This document shows, piece after piece, positions 35,485 through 47,329 of a stretch of DNA of 64,000 nt. The stretch lies in the NCBI RefSeq assembly GCF_000981445.1, contig NC_027216.1, forward strand, positions 2,108,001 to 2,172,000, given 5' to 3'. The position numbers were made by a program, and so were the translations under genes. Below the pieces are notes generated by a model. It searched no databases. It was not told the DNA's origin and saw only the letters and a list, made by a program, of their open reading frames with translations. Each line of letters opens with the position of its first letter. Positions within the stretch are counted from its first letter, which is position 1. This stretch comes from Babesia bigemina. Taxonomy: Eukaryota.

Positions 35485-36262
35485 TAAGTGAGCACACTAG
35501 ATCTTGTTTTGGTATCATTACTCTGCGTTGGTAAGCACACATGTGGCAGGGCTATTGGTAATTTTCTTATCTTCCATGTTTAGCATCGTGGAGAACGATT
35601 TTATGTGGCGGGTATCATACAGCATATAGAGGATATATGGGCTGCAGAAATAATACAATTGTAGTCACATAAATGACAACAATTTCATATTATATCCACA
35701 TGACGAAATTAAGTTGGAAATGAGCAAAGACATTTGCTATCTACGAACAAACGTATGTAGAGTCGACAACATGATCGACATCCATTGCATCGTCAGCTTC
35801 TACAACAAGTGCCTGAAGGCCATTTAGGAGTCTGGGGAACACGTTGCTACCAGGTGACATGGGTAACCATCTACAACACCAACAAGGTTACCGATCATAT
35901 GTGCTCCGACCCATACATGCCTGAGGAAGAGTTACAGTTAAAATCAGGGGACATTAACGAAGAGATCGCCAGCGGCATCCGCCAACTGACCGATCTCTGA
36001 ATCTGCCACCCCGGCGTGGCGCTCTTGCTCATTGCCGTAGGATTAGGCATGACAAAACAAGCTCTGATAACAAGTCTGTCAACATCCGAGTGCAAGAAAA
36101 TGCACATATCGCATCATCCGCTTATAACATGCAAATAGCAACTTCGTAAGTCGGGATAATGGCTGCGCCTTTTATCACGTAATTCACGTATACAGTGACT
36201 TAAGAAGGATTGAAATTAATTGTTATTAGTAACACTTACGGTTACCGAGTGCGATTGCAACA

Positions 36263-39200
36263 CTAGCCTGCGCTGCTGATGGGCGATTCCTGCAGAACAG
36301 TTACAGGGGCGTCCAAATTGATGACGAGCGTGTTGGTGGCGCTGTCGAACTCCGCGTTGCGCACGAGGTCGCGTACGGCGGCCGGAGAGACGTTACCGTA
36401 CCCTGTGTCGAAAGTGAACGTGGTCTCGTCGCCGCTCGTTATGAACGACGACGGGGAGCCCTGGTTGCTTGGGTACCTTGCGATGCTGTTGCCGTCACCG
36501 GACTTGACTTCAACGTTAACGTTCTGGACGCTCGCATCCTTGATCTGCTCGCCGTTCTTGATTGGCACCTTCTGGCCAACCACGTCGGCGACAACCATCT
36601 GTTTGCTCAGCACCCAGTAGTCGCCGTTGAACACCGGTATGTCGCTGTTGCCGATAACGTTGTTCAGCGCGAAATCGGCGACCCAACCGTGCTCGTAACC
36701 ACACCATATGAACTTGCCGATATCGTAACCCATGCCACGCAATGCAGACGCCGTGGTAAGCACGTGCGCACGTACCACGAAGTCCTTGAACTTCGTGGCA
36801 AATGAGATCTCGCCGAATTTGTCTCCCGATTCCATGACGTACTTGCGGCGTGTTTCGCCGTTGCGCTGCTCCAGGGTAACCGCCTTCACTCCGGTGGATG
36901 GACCTAATGCCTCGATCTCCGATACGAAATTCTCTCCATTGTACACCACACGACCCTCACCGGGGCGCACAGCGACGCTCTCTGGGATAGGGATCTTCTC
37001 CGGCGGCGCAAACCCGCCGTGGAAGAGAATGCCGTCGTACGAACGCGTACCCACGAAAATGCAACCTGCGATGTTGTCAAGCGGGCCGCGGCTGGTCACC
37101 GTGCCTTTAACTCCGCTTGATTTGTCGCCACTGAAGATGCTGCCGATTTTTTTGAAGATACCCAGTGCACCACGGCGAGCCTTCACGCGGTTCATGACGT
37201 ACTCCACGATACGGCTGCGGTGACGGTTGCGCAACTCTTCGGGAGCGTCGTCCATGAACGGGCAGACCAGCGTAGGACCGTTCTCGCTCACCGTGGAATG
37301 CTTGATGGTTATGGTACGCATGGAGGAGAAGAAGTTGTCGATCGTAGATTGTACCGCCGACTGGTCCTTCAGATTGGACAAAATCTTCACAAGCTGCCCG
37401 GCAGCCGTCACCTGAGCCTTGTAGCACTGATACCTCATCGCGAGTTCGGAGAACAGCATGGTGACATCACGGCTAGTAGCTTTTTTGCCACTCGACCTGA
37501 TTCCGGTACGCGCAGGCATGGCGTTGCAACGGCGAGCGGTGTCCGACGCGATACGCACTGTATCCAGAGGGTTCTCCAAGGTCGCGTCGAGCGTCTGCAT
37601 CAGTTTCAACACGTCGCTCTTGTTAGTGCGGAATGAAACTTGCTTGCACGATCTCCGACCCTTATCCGATGCCTTCAAACAGCCCAGGTGCAGCACCGGT
37701 GCCTTCGAAGCGCAGTGCTGCACGATGATCTCCGTGGCATACGTCGACAGGTCCGATTTGTTCGACAAGTAGCCGAGGAAGAACGCCTTGCGCACGGGGT
37801 CGATGGTGTAATCGGCGAAGTCCAGGGCAGCCGCGCTGCCGCGGGTCCACAAGCCGACGTACACCGTTATCAGCTGGATGATGGGCGTCGGGACTGCGGG
37901 CTTGCCCAGGAACATCATCTTGAAGTCGCTCGTCAACTTGGCCACAACGGCGCGGCCGATGCTATAGCGCGCCTTGTTGTACACGACCTGCGTTTCGAAG
38001 TAGCTGTGCAGCTCGTCGAAGTTGCTGGGGCCCAGGCGACTGCGGAGACCGAATTTCATCAACCCCTTGAAGAACGTCTTGAGCCCCTTCAGCTTGCCGC
38101 GCTCGTACCCGTCCACGGAGTTCTGGAAGTAGAAGGACAGCTGCAGGATCAAGGACGTGAAGGGCAGGAATTGCCTCGGCATCGACTCGATGTGGGCGCT
38201 GGCGCTCATGTTGAGGAAGCGGAACACGGCGCCAAGCGTCTTCGAAGTAGTCTTGCGGCGGGACGTGTTGGGCTCGAATGCGTGGATTGCGGCGTGGAAC
38301 GACTGCAGCTGCACCCACGTGTTGAAGGCCTGGAAGTACAGGTTGCTCGAGTCACCGGCAGTGGTCAGGTTCACCACGTCAGAGATGACCTCCAACATAT
38401 TCAGCAGACCGTTGTCCAGGGAGGCGACGAGCTTGGCAGGCGTCTTGAAGGAGTTGTAGGGCGCAATGTCACGGAAGTCGGCATTGTTGTTTACGCGACG
38501 ACCGGGCAGACGGTAACCGCTCATGAACCGTCCCATGAGCACCTTGCGCTCCTTGTCATCGTCCTTCGCCTGTGCCTTCTGTTTCGGTGCTTTCGGCTCT
38601 TTTGGTTGCTTAGACCGCCTACGAGGCAGCTCCAACATAGAAGGGCCGTTGTTCTTCACAATCTCGGACTTCAGGTGCAGCTTCACGTTCTTAGGCGAGA
38701 GGATGAACTCCTCGGAGTTGGTCGTGCGGAACATGAGCTCCAGCATCGTCTTCTGCACCGTGGTGTCAATGCGCAACAGGTCGTCACGCAGGTAGAACGA
38801 CACCCAGCGCAAGATCTCGCGCTGCTTGTTCAAAACAAACTTCTTGGATGCATCGCCGTCAATAGCGTCGGTCTCGATGCCGCGAGCACAGCTCGCGTCG
38901 CACATGCCCATGAACCCGTAGAACTTGCGCTTGCCCATGAACTTGCTCGACCCGGCGACACCGTCCATGATCTTGCTGAGCATGGTGGCCAGCGAGTACA
39001 GGTTCGCCTGCAGATTGATGGAGGTCGGCAACAGAGTGCCGTTTTCGACCATCACCATGAACCGGCCGACCATCTGCGGGAGCGACTTGGCCAGCACCTC
39101 GGCCCTCAACATCTCACTCTGGCTGTAGAACTTCTCAAACCGCGCGATCATCCACAAACTGCCCAGCGTCGGGACGACGTCGGTGTAGAACGGAGCCACG

Positions 39201-41011
39201 TACAAACCACTGCTCTCGGAAAACATGCGCAGCATCTGCTTCGCCACCTGGTTACCGCGGATGATCTTCTGACATTGGTAGTCGTTGAAGAACTCGTCGA
39301 GTTTCTGGTACACCGACGATTTCTCCGGGGTCATCTGTTTAGGCTTCTTCACCTTCGAGGCGAACAGGTATGCACGGCCGGTGTCCCTACGAATGTTGGC
39401 CAGCAGATCCGCCTTCTCCTTGGGCGTGGCACGCACGTACCAGCTGCGGTCGTACGTGCTGACGATCGTGTGGGCGCTTTTGTTCAGCTGCCCCATGGCA
39501 ACTGCCACCTTGAGGGGCTCGACAATCCTCATGAACACCAGCGGGTGGCTCCTCTTCAGCTCAAACAAATCCTCATTGGTCAAGAGCGCAACGACCTCAG
39601 CGGTTTCACGGGTCACGCGCAGGCGCAAATCGTGCTCGATGTGAACTGCCTGCTCGGTACGGCGGCGAATCTCGGCCTCCTTGTCAATAAGCGTCTGCAG
39701 CACTCCACCCATCATCTTCGGCTCCTGCACGACCGGAGTCAACATGCGGGCGCTCTTGTTGTACGTGTATCCGGTACCCTCAGGGAGCTTCTCCTGGATC
39801 GATTCGGCGGTCGATTCCTTGTTCAGCCACTCCTGGTCGACCTTCTCCGTCATGTTGGACAGGTTCTGATTACCTCCTTCGATTACGTCCCCGAGATCGA
39901 TTTTCGTAGCGTCGCTGTTCTTCTCCATGTCCTCCTTGTTGTACGAATCGGAAGGGATTTCAGGGGCCTGCTCCGTAGGCGTTTCTTCGCCGATGAGCGT
40001 GGATGGCGGGGCTTCGGTGGACAAGGCGGCAGATGCATCTGCGGATTCACCATTATCAGTTGCAGGCGTTTCCGATTCCGTGGCTCCTGGTTCGGTGGTG
40101 CCAGCTTCACCGGCTTGAGTTGCATCTGCAGTGCCCTCCGCAGGCTGTGCGTTGTCTGACGTGGGAGTGTCAGATGCAGGCGATGCCTCGGTTGATGTCT
40201 CAGGTTGACCGGTAGAGTCGGTTGCACTACCAGACGGTGAGTCCGTGGCATCCGTACCCTCAGTTGAACCTTGTCCGGCGTACGTAAGGGGAGCTACGGA
40301 TGGCGCAATCGTTTCTTCCACCGAGCCGTCACCGGATGCAACTCCACCATTAACATTTTCCGCGGGTGACTGAGCGGTGGTTGCAGATGAATCCGAAAGA
40401 ATGGAGTCATCAGCATCGGAATCGATGCTGGGGATATTACCAGAAGACAGGTCTGTACCCTGCGACAACACCGGGCTGGACGATGCAGCCACATTTTCTG
40501 TGGTGGTTGGGTCAGCTGGCATCGAATTAGCTTGTCCTGCTTCAGCAGCAGCCATTGTAGGTGGCTGTGATGCCTCATGATCGAGTCCACCGACATTTGG
40601 CAAACCTGGAGCGGCAGCTTCACCCTCAACCAGAGAACTGGCTGCGTCCGTCACATTGCCATAATTCGAATTCGTGGCCAATCCCGCGGTGTCCATGGAA
40701 TTACCAGGCTGCGTAACATCTGCAGAAGCTGCTGGAACGCCATTGCCTTCAGCTGGCGCATCTGATGATGCATGCGCTTCCGCAGGAGCACCTTGTCCAT
40801 TAGTAGCACCCTCACCTGCAAACGAGCCAGATGCTGTATTTTCAGTTGCAGATGGCGACACGTCAGTTACGGCATCGCTTCCAATACCTCCGATCTGGAG
40901 CAAGTTGATCAATGGCAGAGGCGCATCCACTTGAAACGGGTTGTGAAGCACTGGAGCAGCTTGCACGCTCCATAGCGAAATGACGGATACCAACAACCAA
41001 TAGAGCTCCAT
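36263..41011 (-). CDS. RON5: Rhoptry neck protein 5 (moving-junction component)
   Basis: Signal peptide MELYWLLVSVISLWSVQA. The segments YDRSWYVRATPKEK, YVAPFYTDVVPTLG, LPQMVGRFMVMVENGTLL...ANLYS and AFNTWVQL match my recollection of Plasmodium RON5. Single exon, 1582 aa from the ATG at 41011. Confidence 0.85.
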   Translation of the reverse strand: MELYWLLVSVISLWSVQAAPVLHNPFQVDAPLPLINLLQIGGIGSDAVTDVSPSATENTASGSFAGEGATNGQGAPAEAHASSDAPAEGNGVPAASADVTQPGNSMDTAGLATNSNYGNVTDAASSLVEGEAAAPGLPNVGGLDHEASQPPTMAAAEAGQANSMPADPTTTENVAASSSPVLSQGTDLSSGNIPSIDSDADDSILSDSSATTAQSPAENVNGGVASGDGSVEETIAPSVAPLTYAGQGSTEGTDATDSPSGSATDSTGQPETSTEASPASDTPTSDNAQPAEGTADATQAGEAGTTEPGATESETPATDNGESADASAALSTEAPPSTLIGEETPTEQAPEIPSDSYNKEDMEKNSDATKIDLGDVIEGGNQNLSNMTEKVDQEWLNKESTAESIQEKLPEGTGYTYNKSARMLTPVVQEPKMMGGVLQTLIDKEAEIRRRTEQAVHIEHDLRLRVTRETAEVVALLTNEDLFELKRSHPLVFMRIVEPLKVAVAMGQLNKSAHTIVSTYDRSWYVRATPKEKADLLANIRRDTGRAYLFASKVKKPKQMTPEKSSVYQKLDEFFNDYQCQKIIRGNQVAKQMLRMFSESSGLYVAPFYTDVVPTLGSLWMIARFEKFYSQSEMLRAEVLAKSLPQMVGRFMVMVENGTLLPTSINLQANLYSLATMLSKIMDGVAGSSKFMGKRKFYGFMGMCDASCARGIETDAIDGDASKKFVLNKQREILRWVSFYLRDDLLRIDTTVQKTMLELMFRTTNSEEFILSPKNVKLHLKSEIVKNNGPSMLELPRRRSKQPKEPKAPKQKAQAKDDDKERKVLMGRFMSGYRLPGRRVNNNADFRDIAPYNSFKTPAKLVASLDNGLLNMLEVISDVVNLTTAGDSSNLYFQAFNTWVQLQSFHAAIHAFEPNTSRRKTTSKTLGAVFRFLNMSASAHIESMPRQFLPFTSLILQLSFYFQNSVDGYERGKLKGLKTFFKGLMKFGLRSRLGPSNFDELHSYFETQVVYNKARYSIGRAVVAKLTSDFKMMFLGKPAVPTPIIQLITVYVGLWTRGSAAALDFADYTIDPVRKAFFLGYLSNKSDLSTYATEIIVQHCASKAPVLHLGCLKASDKGRRSCKQVSFRTNKSDVLKLMQTLDATLENPLDTVRIASDTARRCNAMPARTGIRSSGKKATSRDVTMLFSELAMRYQCYKAQVTAAGQLVKILSNLKDQSAVQSTIDNFFSSMRTITIKHSTVSENGPTLVCPFMDDAPEELRNRHRSRIVEYVMNRVKARRGALGIFKKIGSIFSGDKSSGVKGTVTSRGPLDNIAGCIFVGTRSYDGILFHGGFAPPEKIPIPESVAVRPGEGRVVYNGENFVSEIEALGPSTGVKAVTLEQRNGETRRKYVMESGDKFGEISFATKFKDFVVRAHVLTTASALRGMGYDIGKFIWCGYEHGWVADFALNNVIGNSDIPVFNGDYWVLSKQMVVADVVGQKVPIKNGEQIKDASVQNVNVEVKSGDGNSIARYPSNQGSPSSFITSGDETTFTFDTGYGNVSPAAVRDLVRNAEFDSATNTLVINLDAPVTVLQESPISSAG

Positions 41012-42079
41012 CTTCACATTACCACCTACACATCGCTGTATTGCACGGTTTAGCGCACCTACCTCATCGATGTGTAAACAGGCGAGTGTAGTTCGCGAAT
41101 TCAATTCAACGCTTCCCGGCAGGCTCCGAGCTTCCGAGAATACACATTAAGCCGGTTACAAACCAGCTTGTATCGACTTGCCTGAGGCAGTGCTGAACAC
41201 AGTCCAGCGCGCGTGCCGAGCCGCCCTTAATGATTCCTACCGCAATAGACGGAAGGACAGCAGGGCTAGGTAGACACGGATGCAAACACTTTGCAGCCGA
41301 TACAAAGCGATGTGTATATTTTACTCGTCATATACAGCTCTGACGAGCTATTTGGGATATGCTACGCGGCTACGGGTCGATGTCTACGAGCCTGGCAGCC
41401 CATTCAATGCACACCAGTGCAGTAGACACGTGGCGTCAATAAGATTTGCCGCGATATAAACGGCGAAATCAGCGCTCGGCACCCAATTTGGCTCTACATA
41501 TAAGCCAATATGGTATCAACGGTGCTACATACTGCTTGGTTGCTCACAACGGCCGAAACTGTGCAGCGTGCTGCGTATGTCTAATTGACGCAGAACTTCA
41601 TTCTAGGTTTCCTAAGTTCACTAAACTCAGCATAAAGAGGCGTGCGAAGCCATATAAAACGTAGGTGTATTATTCAAATATCTTGTGCTTGGCTCTGTCA
41701 CGCCAGACAAGCATACACCGCGCGACACTGTAGTAACTGGGCCTAACACATTTTAACAAAACCACCCACATTATCACCAGCCATACCACAATTGATGGTT
41801 GATTGGTGCTTAATAATCTGTTGCTCGCAATACAACACTCCTGAAGCTATTGTCTGCTAATGGTTGCCATGGCCTCTTGCGACCCCTAGATATGACCTAC
41901 TGTGACACCGATATTCAATACAATAGACGCCATACTTTGCAAAACAACAATGTGTAATGGTCAGAAGATGCTGGATATTCGTTGTGGCCCTAATTTGGGT
42001 TCCTAACCGGTGTTGTCGCGTCCTTCCCTAGTGATGGCTTTTGATCGTAGAATCGATCGCAGCACCGTGACAGTTATTC

Positions 42080-44595
42080 ATGGTACCGCTGAGAGCGACC
42101 TCTGGTCATGTCACGGGTTACCGTGCCGGTTGCCGAGCTCTGTCGGCCTTCGTCAACGGTAACGTTGCTTCGGCAACCTGTGTTACAGCTACCTATCGCA
42201 ATACAAATCCACATGTCGCCGTATATCGCAATACCTACATCATTCAAAGGCGAAAATGGGCTTTAGACGCAAGGAAGTTCTTTCAAACAGGTGGGAGTGC
42301 CCATGGCGGCGGATTCGGCATGAGGGAATGGGTGGATTTCTCACATCTCCAATTCGACCCACAACTAGTCAAGCACCTGAAGCTATTCGGATTGGAAGCT
42401 CTAAAACCGTTTCAGTACATAATGGCCAAGAACATAATAGAAGCGCTTGGGTCAATGGATGCCGGAGCAGGAAAGACGGTGGCTTCCAAATACGTGTTCC
42501 ACAACGACCCCGATTCCGGTAAATCCATGGGGTATATATTACCGCTTCTGCATGTATATGGTACCAAGGAAGTCTCTATAGGCGAAAATGTAGTCACAAG
42601 TCAGGGGTCAACTTTAGTGGTTGCCAGAGATGAGAAGGTGAGCCTCAGTCTGGGCGCTATGATCACGGCCATGAACCCCAATGTGGAATGCGTGATACTA
42701 GATGACGTAGAACACTATGGCGCCGATGAAACGCGTTCAAAAGTACCCAAAGCAACCGCAACTGGTCGCACGAAAGATGCCGATCAGACCATACGAGGCG
42801 CCATTGCCAGCAACAAATCCGCCGGGGATTTGCATAAGTTGCTTCACGACCACAAATCAAACGGATCAAATGGTAATTGTAAAGTGTTTGTGGTATCGGT
42901 AAATAGGCTCCGAACCCTGCTGACGTCCAAGTCCGCAGCGTTACCAACAGCACAACTTGCTGGAGTAGCGTGTGTCATTTTCGATGATTTGTCGCGATAC
43001 TTTGCGCACGGACAGATCATATCAGACGTCTACAGACGCATCAAGAGTGCAAAGATATCGGTTGCAGCAGCTGCCGAGGCGGATGCTACTGCCGGCAACG
43101 TGCAGCCATCGAATGCCCGTGGTAAACGCGGCAAGCGGCAGCAGAGATCAAGTGGCGTAATAAATGGCACTTCACTGGCCACCAGAGCACAGGCTGACGA
43201 TGTGCATATTGTATGTGTAGTCGACTCGCTGGGTGAGTCGTTTTGCAAGTTCGCAACTGAACACCTCAGCGGCTTCTGGCTGTACGATTTTAAGAATGGT
43301 AAGGCGCAACATTCATTGCAATTCAACACGCCGCAGGCACCAGGCAAAAGCTAGTTGGGGATGGCAGGACTGACGCAGTCCGGCTGGAGGTCGACCTGGA
43401 CGCTACCCCCGAAATACTGGCAGCCGCCGAAGGGGAGCTGCCTGGTGGCACCAACCTCCCCATAGAGCACTCCATTTGCAAGGTTGCCGGCGGGAAGAGC
43501 AAGTCGGAACGTATTTACGCCCTGAAGTGCCTTGTATACCACTACTTGAACTTGCCGACATTTCCGATACAACGCATCTTACCCCCTATGCTGAAGCGGC
43601 CCAAAGCCGCCCACCAGTGTATCATATTCGTTGCCAACCGGTCGCAGCAGCGCCATATATGCGCGCTTGAATGCTTCAGGGACCTCGCTGCAAGGCTTGG
43701 GAGTGACCTCACAGTCCAAGAGCGGGCGTACAACCTCAACAGCTTCAGGAACGGCAGCCGCCCCATCCTCATCGCGACGGACGCATCCGTTGCGGGCTGC
43801 AACTTCGACGACGTGCGATACGTGTTCAACTATCAACCTCCACAGACGGCTGAGGTCTACCGCAGCAGGGCCGCCATCGCTGGCAAGAACTCGAATTCGC
43901 TATGCGTCACGCTTTACAGCAGGGAGCAGTACTCGGCCTTCTGTAACGTCCTCAAGACTCTGGGAAAACGAGTGTCGATACACATACCTCCGTCGAGAGA
44001 CTACATGATCAGGTTCAATGCGGCGTGGCTGCACAAATTCGCCAACCAGCTCGTGGAGCTGAACCCCAGCTTTCTGGAGCCATTCAGGAGCAAAGCCGAG
44101 GAGTTGATCAAACAACACGGCAAGGAGGCTATTTTCAGCAAAACACTCTCATTGCTACTAGGTAGTGACTGTGGTAGGCAGGACGATGGAAACATGGGCA
44201 CCAGCGAGTTGCCGCGTGACTGCTCTCTGTTGACTGGGAGGCGCGGCTTCGTTGCCGTCACCGTATTCGACGGCGGGTCGGACTGCAGCATGTCTGCAAG
44301 CGATCTTGTGAAGCTGGTGCAGCGTTTGTTACCGCAATTAAACACTGCGACGCTGCTAGGGAAGTACGCTAAAACCGAAAGCGGGTACGTCATAGATGTG
44401 GCTGCCGAGCATGTGAGCGCCCTGCTCGCTGCAGCAGCAAACGAACCCGATGTATGCTTCGAGACACCGAGCCAACTGCCAAAGATGCTGCTGGACACCG
44501 GAACCGGCTCCACCAAGGCCAAGGGGCACATGAACAAGCTCCCGTGGAGGCGGTACAAAATCAGACGGCTTCAGCTACAAAAGCGCATGGTATAG
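42080..44595 (+). CDS. Degenerate DEAD-box RNA helicase-like protein with GUCT-like C-terminus; intron 43299..43336
   Basis: Q-motif-like FSHLQF..LKPFQ, DSGKS, FRNG..ILIATD, DVRYVFNYQPP and SLLTGRRGF. A 38-nt GTAAGG..CGCAG intron joins the two ORFs in frame. Confidence 0.8.
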
Positions 44596-44767
44596 GAAGC
44601 ATGGCGATCCATCCCGCCCGACTCCTACTAGTAACCGTTCTTATACATGGCGTGATATGTAAGCAACGCCGTCACGGCAGGAATGGATGAGCAGCTGAGG
44701 TGACGTCTGCATCCGTACCGTGAGACGGTGCTGAAACCAACAAATGCTGACGCATAAATGTAGCTAT

Positions 44768-45340
44768 TTAACAAAACCGCCTATAAATTAGCGCTTCAAC
44801 ATATGTTCGGGTTGTAATTTCACCGTAAACGTATTGGAGTGACGGGCACTCGGCGCCACGGCTGAGCCACAGGGGTGTGTTGTGCTGATGCGCTCAAACG
44901 ACCCAAGCTGTTGCAATTGTTACACGTACGCCGTGTTGACATTTACTAGCGCTTCTGTAGGTCGACGCCGCCATTTTGTGGGCTACCCTGAGCAAGCGAA
45001 CCGCCAGCGTGCCGCCGACACACCCAAAGCGGCATCACGGTGACGCAACGAGCGATCTACAGGTCAATTGCGTGTAATCACGCCATAAATTGACCGATAC
45101 ATAAGCTTGGCCTCCGCGCTGGAGCTGGAAGGCTACATCCACCAACCCTAGGACCGCGCCAATCAACACGGAAGAATGCCGTATGGAGTGGGCACCTGCA
45201 TCCTCCCTATGGTGAGGCGAGCCATGTTCGGAACCCTGTTCATCGGAATCAACTACATCGCATACGATCTCGGCGTGCGACCCATGATCAAGTCGGTGAT
45301 GCTCAAGATAAACGGACCGGTAGGTGCCCAGCGCGCTCAT
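44768..45340 (-). CDS. Possible multi-exon hypothetical gene
   Basis: ATG ORF 45340..45035 followed by several ~40-nt GT..AG segments that keep a frame open to about 44768. No recognisable domain. Confidence 0.25.
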
Positions 45341-45475
45341 TATTCATAAGTTTCAGCCGCCCAAGCCTGCTAAAGCGGCGCACTGATGGTAGAAGTCGTG
45401 ACCCAAGACGGATAATTGAGTGGCATAAGCGGAACGGGTGCAAATCTGTCCTGCGGGTGGTCTGAGTCGTCCACA

Positions 45476-47329
45476 ATGCCCATGCGCTACTTGTCACGAT
45501 GCCCACATCGGCTGAGGAGCATACCTGCATCGGGCAATAATGTGAGCAGTTACGTACATGGATTCCCTACAGTGCTCTCTGGTCCACGAAATATCCACGG
45601 CCTGCATTTCGGACGCGCAATCCCGGATACAACACGGAACATTCGTGCATCGTGGTTCTGCTCGACCAGTGCCAGAGTGGTCGACGGCCAGGCCGTCTCC
45701 ACGTGGCTGGATAACGCCAAAACGTGGTCAGATGCTTTCAGGGCGTATCAGGGGGTAACGTTGGAACATGGGTTTCCCCGCCCTGATGACCTCACCAAGA
45801 AGTCTGATACGGTTGTGCATAATCAGCCTAAATCCGACCTAAAGAAGCGTTTAAAGTTAGCTGGCAGGCAGTTGGCGGTTTTGGTAGATAACTGTGACCC
45901 ATATTCTGCGAGATCTCTATTAGCCTGTCTTGTCGATATCAGCAGGACGTGCAAATGCCCCGAGCTACATATCGGTATCATCAAGGCGATTCTACAGGAG
46001 CTGCAAACAAACAGGGATAGGTCCAATAGGGACGACAGCTCTGTTGACGGATCGGCGTTATCTGGCCTCGTGGGGGCCGAACGAATAAAAGAACTCATCA
46101 AGGATGAGAAAACGGTAGCGCTGCTGTTGGCCAGTTTGCGGGCCTATGAACTGCGTCAACCCCCTAAAACAGTTGTAGATGACCTCATAAGCGTCGTGAA
46201 TGTAAACGTGTACCGGTGGAAGCCATTCCAGTTGGTGGAGGTTTGCCGAGACCTGGCGTGGATGTACCGATTCTGCGAAAAGGAGCGGTTTGGAGCGCTT
46301 CTGAGAAAATGCGCGTCACTGGTTTGTGAAGGATTCGGTAAGGAGGGCAAGACGGCGACAAGAAGACAAATAATGACGTTGATGAAGGCGGTGAGTGTCC
46401 TGGGCCACGAGTCAACACCCATTTCCACCGGTTTGAACAACCTGATTTCGACGCTAATCGAGTCCGAAAATAAGCACACTGAAGACGACGTTGTGAAGCA
46501 GCTAAACTTGCGTTATAGACGAGCGAAAGGGAACGTGCATATGCTCAACGTGGCCCTCGTCAGCGGGGCGCGCATGGACACCGCCCTAGTCAACGCGCTG
46601 CTGGAGAATGTCATGGAGTTCTGCGTCAGCTACTTCTCCGCCACATGCCGAGTCTGGCAGCTCAAGACCGAGCATGTTGGCGCTCACGACTACAACAGCA
46701 TCGATCCGAGGGTCGCGCAACTGCTTTATGCGAAGTGCACAAACAAGGTGCTGCGGGCGCCAGGGTCGCTCGACCCTGCAAACAACCCCGAACCCAGGTA
46801 CCCCAAGCTCGAAGAATGTTACCAAGCGGTTGTGGCGGCCCTGGGCAGGCTTCTGGAAGCCGGAAAACTAGCCTTCTGCCGCGGGCTCAAGCTGTGCGAG
46901 GCGAGGCTGCGGGTCATCGACCGGGCCGTCTACAAGGGCCTCAACGACCGATCACGCACCTTTTTGAAAGCAGTTGCGTGCTTCAAACTGGAGGACCCGC
47001 AGCCAGCTACCAGCGACGAGCTTTACATGGCGCTGAGGCAGCTCGGGTACCGCCCCGTGCCGCTGATGGTCCAGGGCACCTTCCAGGTCAACTGCATCGA
47101 CCGCAAGCGCCGTCTATACTGCGAACTGTGTAACGATAAGGAGGCCAGACTGTTGCGAGACGGTGCCAGAGTCGTGTACAATACTGCCACCGACCTCAAG
47201 ATGAGGTGCCTCGACGCCGCTGGCTGGCGTGGAACCATCGTCCGTATGGCCGAATGGCGTCCACTGCCGGAAGGCGAACGGGTCGCTCTTCTGCGCGACA
47301 AACTTAGCAAACTAAGCGTGAAAACTTAA
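45476..47329 (+). CDS. RAP-domain protein (probably organellar RNA-binding)
   Basis: Long single-exon ORF with an Arg/Ser-rich N-terminus. The C-terminus YCELC...TATDLKMRCLDAAGWRGTIVRMAEWRPL...LLRDKL fits the RAP domain pattern. Confidence 0.8.
   Translation: MPMRYLSRCPHRLRSIPASGNNVSSYVHGFPTVLSGPRNIHGLHFGRAIPDTTRNIRASWFCSTSARVVDGQAVSTWLDNAKTWSDAFRAYQGVTLEHGFPRPDDLTKKSDTVVHNQPKSDLKKRLKLAGRQLAVLVDNCDPYSARSLLACLVDISRTCKCPELHIGIIKAILQELQTNRDRSNRDDSSVDGSALSGLVGAERIKELIKDEKTVALLLASLRAYELRQPPKTVVDDLISVVNVNVYRWKPFQLVEVCRDLAWMYRFCEKERFGALLRKCASLVCEGFGKEGKTATRRQIMTLMKAVSVLGHESTPISTGLNNLISTLIESENKHTEDDVVKQLNLRYRRAKGNVHMLNVALVSGARMDTALVNALLENVMEFCVSYFSATCRVWQLKTEHVGAHDYNSIDPRVAQLLYAKCTNKVLRAPGSLDPANNPEPRYPKLEECYQAVVAALGRLLEAGKLAFCRGLKLCEARLRVIDRAVYKGLNDRSRTFLKAVACFKLEDPQPATSDELYMALRQLGYRPVPLMVQGTFQVNCIDRKRRLYCELCNDKEARLLRDGARVVYNTATDLKMRCLDAAGWRGTIVRMAEWRPLPEGERVALLRDKLSKLSVKT

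Noticed and set aside
37640..40159. 839-aa plus-strand ORF
   Set aside because: Antisense shadow of GC3-rich RON5, with no ATG start or recognisable domain.
36263..41011. RON2 or RON4 as the identity of the large secreted protein
   Set aside because: Recalled motifs fit RON5. No AMA1-binding Cys loop flanked by hydrophobic helices as in RON2 was seen.
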